Source: a virus (lineage: Duplodnaviria; Caudoviricetes). From it: a DNA stretch of 52,455 bases. The notes under the pieces were generated by a model, which was not told the origin of the DNA, did no database searches, and worked only from the letters and a program-made list of their open reading frames with translations. A program made the translations under genes and the position numbers. The stretch is taken from positions 1 through 52,455 of the IMG/VR virus record IMGVR_UViG_3300001533_001980. One strand, 5' to 3'. This document shows, piece after piece, positions 28,968 through 38,559 of this stretch; the first letter of the stretch is position 1; each line of letters opens with the position of its first letter.

Positions 28968-29858
28968 ATGGCTATGAATTTTCCATTCGGAGAAATTAGC
29001 GGAACTTACGAGATTTACAGGAATCAGCAATTGGATAATGAGTTTCGCTTAGACTGCGAAGTGACATTCATGGAGGATGGGAAGACCGCAGAGAAATTGG
29101 AGTGGAGCGTCGATGGCGGAATTCTTCGCTTGAGGGACGGGGATGGAACCGTGGCTTATGAATTCATTGGCGTCGAGATGGTCAACGGGATTGTTGCGGC
29201 GTCCGGGTTCTACCGATACCAAGGCGTACCTGAGCGGGTTGTCATGTGTAAGAGGCTTCTGCTATCTGAAGTGAAGTGGCGTATTTGTGTTTCGTCCCAT
29301 CCTAAGAATGAGAAGGATGTGATGCCTAAACTGATCAAGTCTATGAAACAGGCGGGGGTTGACTTGTCTGCGGTAACAGTTGTGGTTGGCAGTGTTCCGT
29401 ATGCAGAGGCATTCAGTAGAAAAAGTTCTGATGGCATTTCGTATGTCTCCACGGATATCAACCTGAAGGGACTAACGTCTTTATCAAAGGTGTGCAACGA
29501 GGGCGTGGAATACCATTTTATGATGCACGACACTTGCACGGTAGCTGAAGATTTTATGGCTCGGATGGGTGCGATAAGTTTGGGATTGCATCCTGATATC
29601 GTCCTATTTCGTCCTCCATCGGAGGGATTGGACATGGGCGTCTACTCAGAGTCCTTCTTGGAAGAGCAGGACGACCTTGTATCCATCCAAGACCGGGATC
29701 GGTTCGATACTTTGTGGCGGCGAGCAGAGGTTGCCGTCATCATGCCGGGAATCAAGGTGGTAAGGAGTCCACAAGACCACTATCACAACAAAGTTCTCCG
29801 TGCGGAATGGAAAATGTCCCGAGTCGGCGTTTCCAAACTCAAGAGAATAGGGAGATAA
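28968..29858 (+). CDS. Two-domain protein with C-terminal GT-A-like domain
   Basis: ICVSSH..., YHFMMHDTC. Confidence 0.5.
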   Translation: MAMNFPFGEISGTYEIYRNQQLDNEFRLDCEVTFMEDGKTAEKLEWSVDGGILRLRDGDGTVAYEFIGVEMVNGIVAASGFYRYQGVPERVVMCKRLLLSEVKWRICVSSHPKNEKDVMPKLIKSMKQAGVDLSAVTVVVGSVPYAEAFSRKSSDGISYVSTDINLKGLTSLSKVCNEGVEYHFMMHDTCTVAEDFMARMGAISLGLHPDIVLFRPPSEGLDMGVYSESFLEEQDDLVSIQDRDRFDTLWRRAEVAVIMPGIKVVRSPQDHYHNKVLRAEWKMSRVGVSKLKRIGR

Positions 29859-29860
29859 GT

Positions 29861-30265
29861 TTGATCTCTTTATCGTTGAAGGTGCTTGACGAAAACGCGG
29901 GACGACCGTGTGGCAACCCATTCAAGGTCAGGGCGGTATGGGAAAACCCGCTCTGTACGATACAGGGCTTTCGAGAGATAGGTACGGGGTTGGCTGTTGG
30001 TCTCGGGAGGGATATGTCCTTCCACGTCGAATCTCTCATTGGAGGCGTTTATGTGCTAAGCCACAGAATAGCCCAGGATGGGGAGATTATAGTCGCCGTA
30101 ATTAACACTCGCGGGGCAAGCGTGAAGGATCTGGGAGGCGAAGCAATCGAGTTCGCCACCATCAGCATAGTCGAACAGTCTATCAAGCCAGTACGATTCA
30201 TAGAGGCGAAAGATGGGATGCGTGTCATTGTGGGCGGTCCGAAGGAGATAGGGAAAGATGTCTGA
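29861..30265 (+). CDS. Hypothetical protein (start uncertain)
   Basis: Fills the gap between the glycosyltransferases and overlaps the next start. Confidence 0.5.
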   Translation: MISLSLKVLDENAGRPCGNPFKVRAVWENPLCTIQGFREIGTGLAVGLGRDMSFHVESLIGGVYVLSHRIAQDGEIIVAVINTRGASVKDLGGEAIEFATISIVEQSIKPVRFIEAKDGMRVIVGGPKEIGKDV

Positions 30266-31478
30266 CTTGCCAGTCATATCCGTCTTTGGAGTCTCCGAAA
30301 TTAAGCTGGAAACTCCCGGTCCGGCACCCGGATTTGAGACAAGGGAGTTGGATTGCCGATGTCACCTAACGGATGACGAACTGCCGAAGATATTGTCCGA
30401 AGACAAACCGGTAGCCATTGTCTCCATCGGGGAATCCCGTCAAGGGTTTCCGAACTTGGGATCTGCTCCGTTCTTTATCAAGCGAAAGTGGTTGCACTTT
30501 GGACCTAATGATGGACACGATGTTATAGGTCGGGATGTCTTTCGGTGTTTCCTGCGTAATGTATTGGAAAGAAGAAGTCCGATACCTCTTGTGAGTGTTT
30601 TTACGCCTGCCTATAAAACGGGAGACAAGATTTTGCGTCCTTTCCACTCCCTGTTGTCTCAAACGTACGCGGATTGGGAATGGATTATCATGGATGACTC
30701 TGATGACGATGGGGAAACGTTTGCGTTGCTCAAGGATTTGGCATCTCGTGACCATCGCATACGGGTATACAAAGAGTGCAGGCATTCAGGATCAATAGGA
30801 GATGTCAAGAGGGCGGCTTGTGATTTGGCAAGGGGGGCTATTCTTGTCGAACTTGATCATGACGACCAGCTTACACCGCAATGTCTACAATGGCTTGTAT
30901 CGGGTTACAGCAAACATCCTGATGTTGGATTCATCTATACAGATTTTGCCGAGTGTTCGGAGGGTGGGGACAGCGTAGAATATAGTCCCGGCTGGGGATT
31001 CGGATATGGCAGCTACAGGAAAGAGAATCATAACGGTATGATTTATTCAGTCGTAAATTGCCCCCATATCAATGCTAAGACAATTCGACACATCATCGCA
31101 GCTCCAAACCATGTTCGATCTTGGAGAACAACTGCATATAGAGCAATGGGTGGGCATAACCCAATAATACACGTCGCTGACGATTATGAAATCCTCATTC
31201 GTACATTTTTATCAACTCGTATGGGGCATATTCCAAGGATGGGATATATTCAATATCGGAATCAAGATGGAAACACTCATCGGGCAAGGAACAAAGAGAT
31301 TCAAAGGCTTGTGCGGTATTTCTCAATTGCGTATGACGCCAGCATTCATCGAAGGCTGATAGATCTGGGCGTAGACGATTTTATTTGGGATTCTGAAAGA
31401 AAGCAGCCATCGTTTTTCCGATTGAGAATGCCGAATCAATCCGTAGAGTCTCACTGCACGGTAACGATAGATGTGTAG
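30258..31478 (+). CDS. GT2 glycosyltransferase
   Basis: LVSVFTPAYK, WEWIIMDDS, VELDHDD, ADDYE. Confidence 0.9.
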   Translation: MSDLPVISVFGVSEIKLETPGPAPGFETRELDCRCHLTDDELPKILSEDKPVAIVSIGESRQGFPNLGSAPFFIKRKWLHFGPNDGHDVIGRDVFRCFLRNVLERRSPIPLVSVFTPAYKTGDKILRPFHSLLSQTYADWEWIIMDDSDDDGETFALLKDLASRDHRIRVYKECRHSGSIGDVKRAACDLARGAILVELDHDDQLTPQCLQWLVSGYSKHPDVGFIYTDFAECSEGGDSVEYSPGWGFGYGSYRKENHNGMIYSVVNCPHINAKTIRHIIAAPNHVRSWRTTAYRAMGGHNPIIHVADDYEILIRTFLSTRMGHIPRMGYIQYRNQDGNTHRARNKEIQRLVRYFSIAYDASIHRRLIDLGVDDFIWDSERKQPSFFRLRMPNQSVESHCTVTIDV

Positions 31479-31705
31479 TAGGGAGCCAGCGTGTCCTGCT
31501 TGCGGAAAGACGGCAAGAAAGCAACGCCGGTGGTCACTCGGACAGTCAAGGGCGGCAAATGAGTGGGCGTACATTTGTCCTGATTATCCATCCTGTGACA
31601 CCTATGTTGGCTGCCATCCCGGCACTGACATTCCGCTAGGAACGATGGCGGGGCGGGAATTGCGTCTACTTCGCAAGAAAGCCCATGACGCATTCGATTG
31701 GGTAT

Positions 31706-32912
31706 ACGAATTTTTCCTCAAAAGATAGTCGACTATAGTGATGTATGGTGATATCTTGGTATTATGAAATTGAGCGAATATGCCCGACACAAGACAATTG
31801 TGATAGATGATGCGAGCAAAAAATGACAATCACCCGTACATCCAGATTTGCTTTGAAGTTTTCCAATTCTGGAAAGCGAAAGCAACTGCTTGATTTCGTC
31901 AATGAATATGTCAAGGTGGTCAATGCCATCATTGAACTGCTTTGGCAGGGCAAGGTTTTCAAGGGATCATTCGTATCAAAAGATATTCTATCACAAGTTG
32001 ACACTTGGCTTTCAGCAAGAGCATTGCAGGCTTGCGGCAAACAGGCTTTACAAGCGGTCAAATCACAACGAAAGCGCAGGAAGAAAACAATGCCTGTTGT
32101 CAGGTCTCAAACGGTTGAACTTGACCAGCGTTTTGTTTCCTTCATTGATGCCGATTCATCCTTCGATGAGTTTGTGAAGTTTTCGTCACTTGGGAACAAA
32201 CTAATTGTCGTTTGTCCGATCAAACACCACAGGCACTACAACGACCTTGTCTCTCGTGGTTTCAAGCGATCTAAGTCAACAAGGCTTACTGTCGTTAATG
32301 GCAGCCTGTATCTCGATGTCATACTCGAAAGAGAAGCCATACCCATTAAGTCAGGCAAAACCATCGGGATTGACATGGGTATCAAGAAACTGATGGTTGA
32401 TTCAGATGGCAATGAGTACGGCAAGGACATTGAAAGACTGCTGGACAAAGCTAACAGAAAGCAGTTCAAGTCTAGGGCGTTTGACAGGGCTTTAGCCGAA
32501 AGAGATGCCTATATCAATGCTGCCGTCAAGCAATTACCTCTTGCCAATGTCGTCATTGAAGATTTGGCAGGCTTGGACAAAAACACTAAGAAAAGGCTTA
32601 GAAAGCCATTCAGAAAGAAAGTCCATCGCTGGACTTATGCTAATCTCATAAAGTCGGTGGAAAGATATACAGAAGTAGTTGGAGTCCAATGTCTGCATGT
32701 CAACCCGGCTTATACATCGCAGACCTGTAGTAAATGCGGGTTTATTCACAAGTCAAACCGAGATGCTGAGTTATTCGAGTGTGGGAATTGTGGCTACACA
32801 GCGGATGCAGACTTTAATGCGTCTTTGAATATCTTGAATCGGTCACTGGCCCAGCAAAATATGGTCGCTGGAAGTACGAAAGCAAACATTCAACTATGAA
32901 GTTTGCAACTAT
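31706..32912 (+). mobile_element. IS607-family element with internally deleted tnpA
   Basis: Remnant MKLSEYARHK..KK* at 31764-31826 overlaps the tnpB ATG; TAT is shared at both junctions. Confidence 0.75.
31823..32899 (+). CDS. tnpB: TnpB nuclease with intact RuvC triad
   Basis: GIDMG, VIEDL, AYTSQTCSKCG, CGNCG, DADFNASLNI. Confidence 0.95.
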   Translation: MTITRTSRFALKFSNSGKRKQLLDFVNEYVKVVNAIIELLWQGKVFKGSFVSKDILSQVDTWLSARALQACGKQALQAVKSQRKRRKKTMPVVRSQTVELDQRFVSFIDADSSFDEFVKFSSLGNKLIVVCPIKHHRHYNDLVSRGFKRSKSTRLTVVNGSLYLDVILEREAIPIKSGKTIGIDMGIKKLMVDSDGNEYGKDIERLLDKANRKQFKSRAFDRALAERDAYINAAVKQLPLANVVIEDLAGLDKNTKKRLRKPFRKKVHRWTYANLIKSVERYTEVVGVQCLHVNPAYTSQTCSKCGFIHKSNRDAELFECGNCGYTADADFNASLNILNRSLAQQNMVAGSTKANIQL

Positions 32913-33095
32913 GGAAGTCGGGAAGGATGACTCGAACGGGTGCCTATCGGGAATTGGCTCGCATCCTTGAAATACCGCCCGAGCGGTTTGATAAAGACGC
33001 CCATATCGCCCGCCTTGACAGTGATCAATGTTGTGCCGTTATATCCGCCTTCAATTCCATGCGACCGTGGAAAGTGCCCCGTTTCTGATTTTATC

Positions 33096-33124
33096 TCAGA
33101 ATCTACTGCGACTTGTGCAATGAA
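33096..33124 (+). promoter_or_regulatory. TCAGAATC-N11-GTGCAATGAA motif, copy 2
   Basis: Exact motif upstream of ORF 33172. Confidence 0.8.
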
Positions 33125-33171
33125 GGAGCGTGAGGGTATTCGGTTGTGTCGTCAAAAAAGGATAACTCGGA

Positions 33172-33543
33172 ATGAAAATCAGAATGAACCACACCTCAAT
33201 AGGCGATGGATACCTGACCACGGATCATCCATCCAGCAGCTATAATATCCCTGTATTTGTGGACGATGACGGGAATGCGTATGGACCCGGTGACAAATTT
33301 CCACGATTCAATTGCAATGTCGGGTATCTTCATCAAGCGGAGGAGGTGGAATACACAGCCGAAGAAATTCAGTGGGTGCATGACTACATCGTGCGCACTA
33401 ATTTAAGCGATTGCGAGACGAGAACAGGAGCCAGAATGGATAGCCGTTGGCGGGTTTGGCTATTCGGTGAGACATGGAAAACAGCAGGGCAACTTGCCGA
33501 GATTGAGCGGATCAATGGCAAAAAGATGATTCGCAACCGGTAA
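33172..33543 (+). CDS. Hypothetical phage protein
   Basis: LTTDHPSSSYNIPVFVD...YGPGD. Confidence 0.65.
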   Translation: MKIRMNHTSIGDGYLTTDHPSSSYNIPVFVDDDGNAYGPGDKFPRFNCNVGYLHQAEEVEYTAEEIQWVHDYIVRTNLSDCETRTGARMDSRWRVWLFGETWKTAGQLAEIERINGKKMIRNR

Positions 33544-33552
33544 CTGATTTTT

Positions 33553-33581
33553 TCAGAATCCATTGCGACTTGTGCAATGAA
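33553..33581 (+). promoter_or_regulatory. TCAGAATC-N11-GTGCAATGAA motif, copy 3, upstream of the cassette array
   Basis: Exact motif. Confidence 0.8.
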
Positions 33582-33695
33582 GGGTTGTGAAGATCGAACC
33601 CCGTCGGCAGGAGGAAGCATGAAGACAGCAACAGAGTTTTGGGAGGCGCAGCAGTTAGCTAAAGACGAGGTTGTTGGCAATTCTGGAGGTGGACA

Positions 33696-33959
33696 ATGAA
33701 CTACACAAAGACCGTATTGATGCCGATTGACGTTCCTGACTGCGGGTACTGTCGGGAGCCGGGAACCCCGTATCGCATCTGCGAGCACTTCGACAACGAG
33801 GGCGGGCACCCTACGTGCGAGCTAAACTTGGGGTCGCTAAAGTATGCCGATGACGGTGGAGTGCGGAAACCGGTCGGTGTGCTTCACTTGCTGGCGCATC
33901 CTTCACCCTTCGCGGTGAAGCGAAGCGGAACTCCCGATAGCGGTGGAAGGAGTTGTTAG
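33696..33959 (+). CDS. Cys-rich hypothetical protein ending inside an attC-like site
   Basis: GGAGGTGG RBS; CGYC...C...C. Confidence 0.55.
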   Translation: MNYTKTVLMPIDVPDCGYCREPGTPYRICEHFDNEGGHPTCELNLGSLKYADDGGVRKPVGVLHLLAHPSPFAVKRSGTPDSGGRSC

Positions 33960-33961
33960 GC
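33899..33961 (+). repeat. attC-like site 0 (R'' missing)
   Basis: ccttcaccc...ggtggaagg imperfect palindrome ending in core GTTAGGC, directly followed by ATG. Confidence 0.65.
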
Positions 33962-34186
33962 ATGAATTGGCGACCGAGACAGACTGCGCCTACAGACGGC
34001 ACCCCATTCCTTGCTGCGTGGTTGAGTAACGTCGTCATCGCGTACCGCAATACCGACGTTGACGGGTGGCAGGAGTGGCCCGACGGCGACTTCGAGGATG
34101 TGCCCGGTGAGTGGACTCACTGGATGCCACTTCCTTCTCTGCCGAACACCCAAGCTGACTTTTGCGAAAGGAGCGAAGCGGAATGA
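33962..34186 (+). CDS. DUF551-like protein (cassette A)
   Basis: W.P..TAP.DGT...THWMPLP. Confidence 0.8.
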   Translation: MNWRPRQTAPTDGTPFLAAWLSNVVIAYRNTDVDGWQEWPDGDFEDVPGEWTHWMPLPSLPNTQADFCERSEAE

Positions 34187-34212
34187 GCATAAAATCAAGC
34201 GACTTGTTCGCC
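34141..34212 (+). repeat. attC-like site 1
   Basis: GCCGAAC...gctgactttt/aaaatcaagc...GTTCGCC, 72 bp. Confidence 0.7.
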
Positions 34213-34662
34213 GTTGGCGACGAGGTACAGATCAAGGTCGGTGCGTCTGCGTGGATGAAGGAGCATAACTACTGGATTGCCGATTGGCCGGAGTCTATTG
34301 ACGGTATGGCGGGAGTTATTGCGAACGACTACACGCAGTACGCCGGAAACGACTGCCACTACGAGGTTGTGATTGAAGGCGTGACCGGGTGCGGTGTGCA
34401 TCCGCAATGGTTGACGGCGAACGCGGCTGATTTGATCGTGAAGACAGGTGAATCGAATTGTTGTCACGAAGACTTCATCTGCTGTGGCCGCGAGATGACT
34501 CCTACAGGCTTTCAATTTGGCAACGGTTGGGAGTGTGACGTTTGCGGACACCGTGAGTTCGACGTAGCATCGTTCAAGATGGGCGGCAACTACGAAGAGT
34601 ATTTGAGGACGAGCGACAATGCCTGTGCTACCTTCCCCGTTCGTGTTCAGGATCAAGGGTAA
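34183..34662 (+). CDS. In-frame fusion of two small cassettes (KOW/SH3-like + zinc ribbon)
   Basis: VGDEVQIK domain, then a shortened attC-like site (34416-34467) read in frame, then CCG..CDVCG. Confidence 0.55.
   Translation: MSIKSSDLFAVGDEVQIKVGASAWMKEHNYWIADWPESIDGMAGVIANDYTQYAGNDCHYEVVIEGVTGCGVHPQWLTANAADLIVKTGESNCCHEDFICCGREMTPTGFQFGNGWECDVCGHREFDVASFKMGGNYEEYLRTSDNACATFPVRVQDQG
34600..34624 (+). repeat. 25-bp direct repeat, left copy
   Basis: tatttgaggacgagcgacaatgcct, identical to 39212-39236. Confidence 0.97.
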
Positions 34663-34693
34663 CCTCGCTTTGCTCGGTCGCTAGAGAATTCGA

Positions 34694-34828
34694 ACCACGG
34701 ATTACACTGAGCACACGGATTAATGTGTAAACATCTATCCTGAAACACCTTGCGAATCATTTTGTCACTGGCTACAAGCAGTGCCCATAACCCCATCCCG
34801 AATCCGTGTATTCCGAGTAATCCGTGGT
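34694..34828. repeat. MITE-like element with imperfect ~28-bp terminal inverted repeats
   Basis: accacggattacactgagcacacggatt pairs with aatccgtgtattccgagtaatccgtggt. Confidence 0.65.
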
Positions 34829-34901
34829 CAGAAAATCCCCCATCCACAACAGTTTTCTCTTGACGGTGCATCCCCGTCACGCGGTTACAGGTTCCCATAC
34901 A

Positions 34902-35057
34902 TTACTGCGCATCATTGCACGGGGTGGTGGAGACCTCCAAGTCGGCGGCAATGGCCTTCATCGGGGCGCCCCTTGCCTTCCGCCAGGACCGCAGCGCGTG
35001 CCCGAGCTTGGCTCGCGCACAGTCGCGGTTTTCGTTCTGTCGTTGTTCGCCTCGCAT
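34902..35057 (-). pseudogene. Truncated XRE-family HTH regulator
   Basis: LGHALRSWRKARGAPMKAIAADLEVS, then the homology is lost. Confidence 0.55.
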
Positions 35058-35073
35058 GGCTTCATGCTCCCCA

Positions 35074-38000
35074 TCAAAAGAAAGGCGCGCATTCGCGCTT
35101 GCCGTCAAACGCCTCCGGCCAGCCGCCGTGCGCCTCAATGGTCTGGTCTATGGCGTTCATCAGCCGGATCGTCTCGTGCAAGGCGACGACGATTTTCTGG
35201 TAGTGCTGGATGTCGGCGTAGTCGAGGGTGCGGCCCTTTCGGTCTTTGAGCCACTTTTCGCAGACCTGGTAGCCGCCGACGCGGAAGTTCCAGACGTCTG
35301 CCGGAATGCCGCCGAAATATTGGGTGGCGTTGATGTGGACGCGGCCGGTGGGGTCGGGGGACGCGGACGGTAATGAGGAGAATGCAGGCGGGACGCCCGC
35401 ACCACTTTCTTCCGACGGCAGGCAAGATGCCTGCACCACGTTAAAGATGACTCGGTCAACTTCGTTGGTGCCTTTTTCGGGGAAGTCGGTGATGAAGTGA
35501 TCGAGATTGGGGGATTGCAGGAGATGCAGGGCGACGAGGTCGACGCCATGTGCGGCGAGGCGGAAGAAGAGGTCGTGGTCGGCGGTGAGGGGCAGGCGCG
35601 GGAAGTCGATTTTGAGGAATTCGGCGTAACGCTCGCGATAGGTCGGCGAATGGAGGATGGCGTAGGCGTAGTGGAAGATGTCTTCGGGCGTGAACCGGGC
35701 GGGTGCTGACGCTGACGCGGCGGGCGCAGCGACAAACGGGATGCCAAGCCGCTTTTCGAGATCGGCTATGAACTTTGGATTCAGGTTCGGACGTCGCCCG
35801 CCGGAGATATCAAGCTCGTCGCCCTCGGGGTGGAGGTAGAGGGGGAAAGCGGTGTTGATGTCGTAGGCGGCAACGGACTTATGAGCCGCCAGCGCGTTTG
35901 TGCAAAGAAGCCCGAACGGTTCCTCGGTCTTGCGGGTGGTTAGTATCGCCAGATTGTCGCCGTCGGGATGGAGGTAGAGGGGGAAAGCGGAGGTTATCTC
36001 ACGCGTGCGATTTGACACGCTACAGCATTCGGAAATAGCAGACGAACAGAAGACATGGACATAGTCACCGGCAATCACTTGGCGGCAGGCCAGTAGCGAA
36101 AGGTTGTCGATGGTCATGTGTCGCATGACCGGGCGTGCCGGCGTGCCGATGAATCCGCGCGATTGGCCGCTGTACCAGGTGTGGCGAAGGTCGAACGGGC
36201 GATACAAGATCGGCTGGAAACAGGTGTCTTCGCGGTTTTTGGCCACATCCGCCTTGGCTTTGGCGACTTGCCAGTCGCGGCTGTCTTTGTGCAGATCATA
36301 GCGGGTGCGGATCGCGTTTTCGTCGAGTGTGCGGAAATCCTCCACGACTCGCCGGATGCCTTCTTTCGTGAAATGGATGGATAAACGATCACGCTCGGTT
36401 TTGACGGCATTACCGGAAACCGTGAAGACCTCGCGCAAGGACCAGCCGCGCTCGTATTCTTCCCGGCTGCGGTCGTCCTTGGGCACGAAGAAGTGATAGG
36501 GCTCGTTCGGGGCGAGTTCGGTCCAGGGGGTGGTTTCGGCGTCGTTTTCCCAGAGCCAGTGGTATTTGCCGCCGACGAGCCGGTCGTCTTCGTAGAGGGC
36601 GCGGCGGCCCCAGAGGTCGGCGTGGTATACGCGGGCCAAGGTAGACGCGGCGTCACGCCGCGTTGGAACGAGGCGGGACGCCGCGTCTACTTTGTTTTTC
36701 ACCGCCAGGAGGATGGATACGCCGACGGTGATGTCGAAGACGTTTTCGTCCTTGCCGCCGTCGGGAGTCCTTTCCTTCTTCTTGGAACTGCCATGCAGGT
36801 TGAGGACATAGATTTCGTCGAAGGATTCGAGCAGGCTTTGGCGCATGCGGCGATGGGTGATGCCGTCGAGGTAGCTGTTGTTGGTGATGAAGCCGACGAT
36901 GCCGTGGCCGGTCTGGTCAATGCGCCATTGGGCGAAGCGGATGAACTTGATGTAGTCGTCGTCGAGGTTGAGCTTCTTCTCGTTGAGGTCGCGTTTGTAG
37001 TCGGCCAGCAGCCCGAGAATCCAGGGGTTGCGGTTCATCTGGCCGAAGTTGGAATAGGGCGGATTGCCCATGACGACCATGATCTCGCGGTCGCGCTTGA
37101 TTTCGGCGGCGGCGTTGGCTTCGCGCGAAATGAACTGGCCGAGCAGCATCTCGGAGCGCTTGGCGGCTTCTTCGAGGGTGTTGGTGAGGTAGATGCCGAG
37201 CCGCTGGTCGCTGCCGAAGGTGTAGCCGGTGGTTTCGAGTTGCATGCTGAGCTTGAGGTGGGCGACGGCATAGGGGGCCATGAGCAGTTCGAAGCCGAAC
37301 AGGCGCGGCAGGAGATGGCGGCCGACATAGCCGTCCCTCACGCCGCGCTGACGCTGGAACGCCTCCTGGATACGCTCGATGGCGAAGTACAGGAAGGTGC
37401 CCGTGCCGGTGGCCGGGTCGAGGATGAGGGTGTTTTCGTCGGCCAGTCCCCTGGGACGGTCGAGGCGGGTCTTGAGCAGCCAGTCGAGCGAGCGGACGAT
37501 GTAGCGGACGACGGGTTCGGGGGTGTAGAAGACGCCGCGCACGTCGCGCAGGGCCGGATCGTAGGCGGCCAGGAAGGTTTCGTAGAAGTGGACGACGGGG
37601 TCTTCGCGGCCTTTGCACTTGCCGAAATCGCGCAGGATTTCGCCCATGTCGGCGTGCGCGAGCAGGGCGACCATGTCGTTGACCGCCCAGGCGATGGTGT
37701 CGGGCATGCGCGCACCAGCGATCTGCTCGAAGAGCAGGCGCAGGAAGGGATTGGTGCGCGGCAGGTACTGGGCGGCGGAGAGGCGGGAGAAGGGCTTGCT
37801 GGGGGCCTGTGCGCGGGCGGCGAAGAGGCCGTAGGCCAGCGTCTGGGCGAACATGTCGGCGAAGGCGTGCTCGTCGAGATCGGGAATCAGGGTCTCGCGA
37901 AAGGCGGTCAGCCATTCGTTCAGCCAGACATCGGGAGTGCCATAGCCGGGCATGGTCTCGTGGACGGCCCGCGTGTCGGCGGACTTCTGCCGCTCCTTCT

Positions 38001-38559
38001 CGTCCCGCAGCGTGGCCAGCAGGAGGTCGCGCAGCATGCGCGTGAACCCGGCCATGTGGCGGGCCAGATCACGGGCCGTGGAGACAGTCAGGGCGGGCTG
38101 GGTATAGAACGCCGTGAGGAAGGCGGTGAGTTGCGCCGCGCCGTCGGGCACGGGCTTGAGACGCCCCTTGGCATCGAAATCGGCCACGCGCAGGGTCAGC
38201 CGCTTCTCGCCGGCGGCATACCAGCGGAATTCAAGGTAATCGGTCAGCACCCAGTTCGGCAGGGTGGCATAGCGCAGGAACTGCCCACCGTTCGGCCCCT
38301 TGCCGCGCTCCATCTCATCGAGGTTGACGCCGACATCCTTGGTCTCGATATGCCCGACCGGCACACCATTGCGCGTGATGTTGAAATCCGGGGCGCCGCA
38401 GGCGATGCGGCGGGGCTCGTTGGTGGCGACGATGCCGGGGTCAACGGCTTCGAGCAACGCCTTCAGCGCCGGGCGGTGCGTATGCTCGGTGGCGTCACCG
38501 CGCTCGATATTCGCGCGCAGGTCGCGTATGTAGTCGCCGAATGTGCTATGGTTGGGCAT
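35074..38559 (-). CDS. Type IIG / ISP-like fused restriction-modification enzyme (N6-adenine MTase)
   Basis: PDF..GHIETK nuclease, FYTPEPVV, LDPATGTGTF, GNPPY, TRD, GGYQVCEKWLKDRK C-terminus. Real start is likely MPNH at 38559. Confidence 0.92.
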   Translation of the reverse strand: MPNHSTFGDYIRDLRANIERGDATEHTHRPALKALLEAVDPGIVATNEPRRIACGAPDFNITRNGVPVGHIETKDVGVNLDEMERGKGPNGGQFLRYATLPNWVLTDYLEFRWYAAGEKRLTLRVADFDAKGRLKPVPDGAAQLTAFLTAFYTQPALTVSTARDLARHMAGFTRMLRDLLLATLRDEKERQKSADTRAVHETMPGYGTPDVWLNEWLTAFRETLIPDLDEHAFADMFAQTLAYGLFAARAQAPSKPFSRLSAAQYLPRTNPFLRLLFEQIAGARMPDTIAWAVNDMVALLAHADMGEILRDFGKCKGREDPVVHFYETFLAAYDPALRDVRGVFYTPEPVVRYIVRSLDWLLKTRLDRPRGLADENTLILDPATGTGTFLYFAIERIQEAFQRQRGVRDGYVGRHLLPRLFGFELLMAPYAVAHLKLSMQLETTGYTFGSDQRLGIYLTNTLEEAAKRSEMLLGQFISREANAAAEIKRDREIMVVMGNPPYSNFGQMNRNPWILGLLADYKRDLNEKKLNLDDDYIKFIRFAQWRIDQTGHGIVGFITNNSYLDGITHRRMRQSLLESFDEIYVLNLHGSSKKKERTPDGGKDENVFDITVGVSILLAVKNKVDAASRLVPTRRDAASTLARVYHADLWGRRALYEDDRLVGGKYHWLWENDAETTPWTELAPNEPYHFFVPKDDRSREEYERGWSLREVFTVSGNAVKTERDRLSIHFTKEGIRRVVEDFRTLDENAIRTRYDLHKDSRDWQVAKAKADVAKNREDTCFQPILYRPFDLRHTWYSGQSRGFIGTPARPVMRHMTIDNLSLLACRQVIAGDYVHVFCSSAISECCSVSNRTREITSAFPLYLHPDGDNLAILTTRKTEEPFGLLCTNALAAHKSVAAYDINTAFPLYLHPEGDELDISGGRRPNLNPKFIADLEKRLGIPFVAAPAASASAPARFTPEDIFHYAYAILHSPTYRERYAEFLKIDFPRLPLTADHDLFFRLAAHGVDLVALHLLQSPNLDHFITDFPEKGTNEVDRVIFNVVQASCLPSEESGAGVPPAFSSLPSASPDPTGRVHINATQYFGGIPADVWNFRVGGYQVCEKWLKDRKGRTLDYADIQHYQKIVVALHETIRLMNAIDQTIEAHGGWPEAFDGKRECAPFF
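36641..36690. repeat. REP-like palindrome inserted in frame in the R-M gene
   Basis: 14-bp perfect inverted repeat gtagacgcggcgtc/gacgccgcgtctac. Confidence 0.8.

Larger units (their letters stand above)
31471..33088 (+). pseudogene. DUF3268-like zinc-finger gene split by an IS607-type element (parts ~31471-31705 and ~32913-33088)
   Basis: CPAC...CPDYPSCDTYVGCH..PLGTMA..KKAHDAFD joins WKSGRMTRTGAY...HIA. Confidence 0.85.

Noticed and set aside
35820-36115. Diversity-generating retroelement TR/VR pair
   Set aside because: Differences are not adenine-specific and no reverse transcriptase is present.
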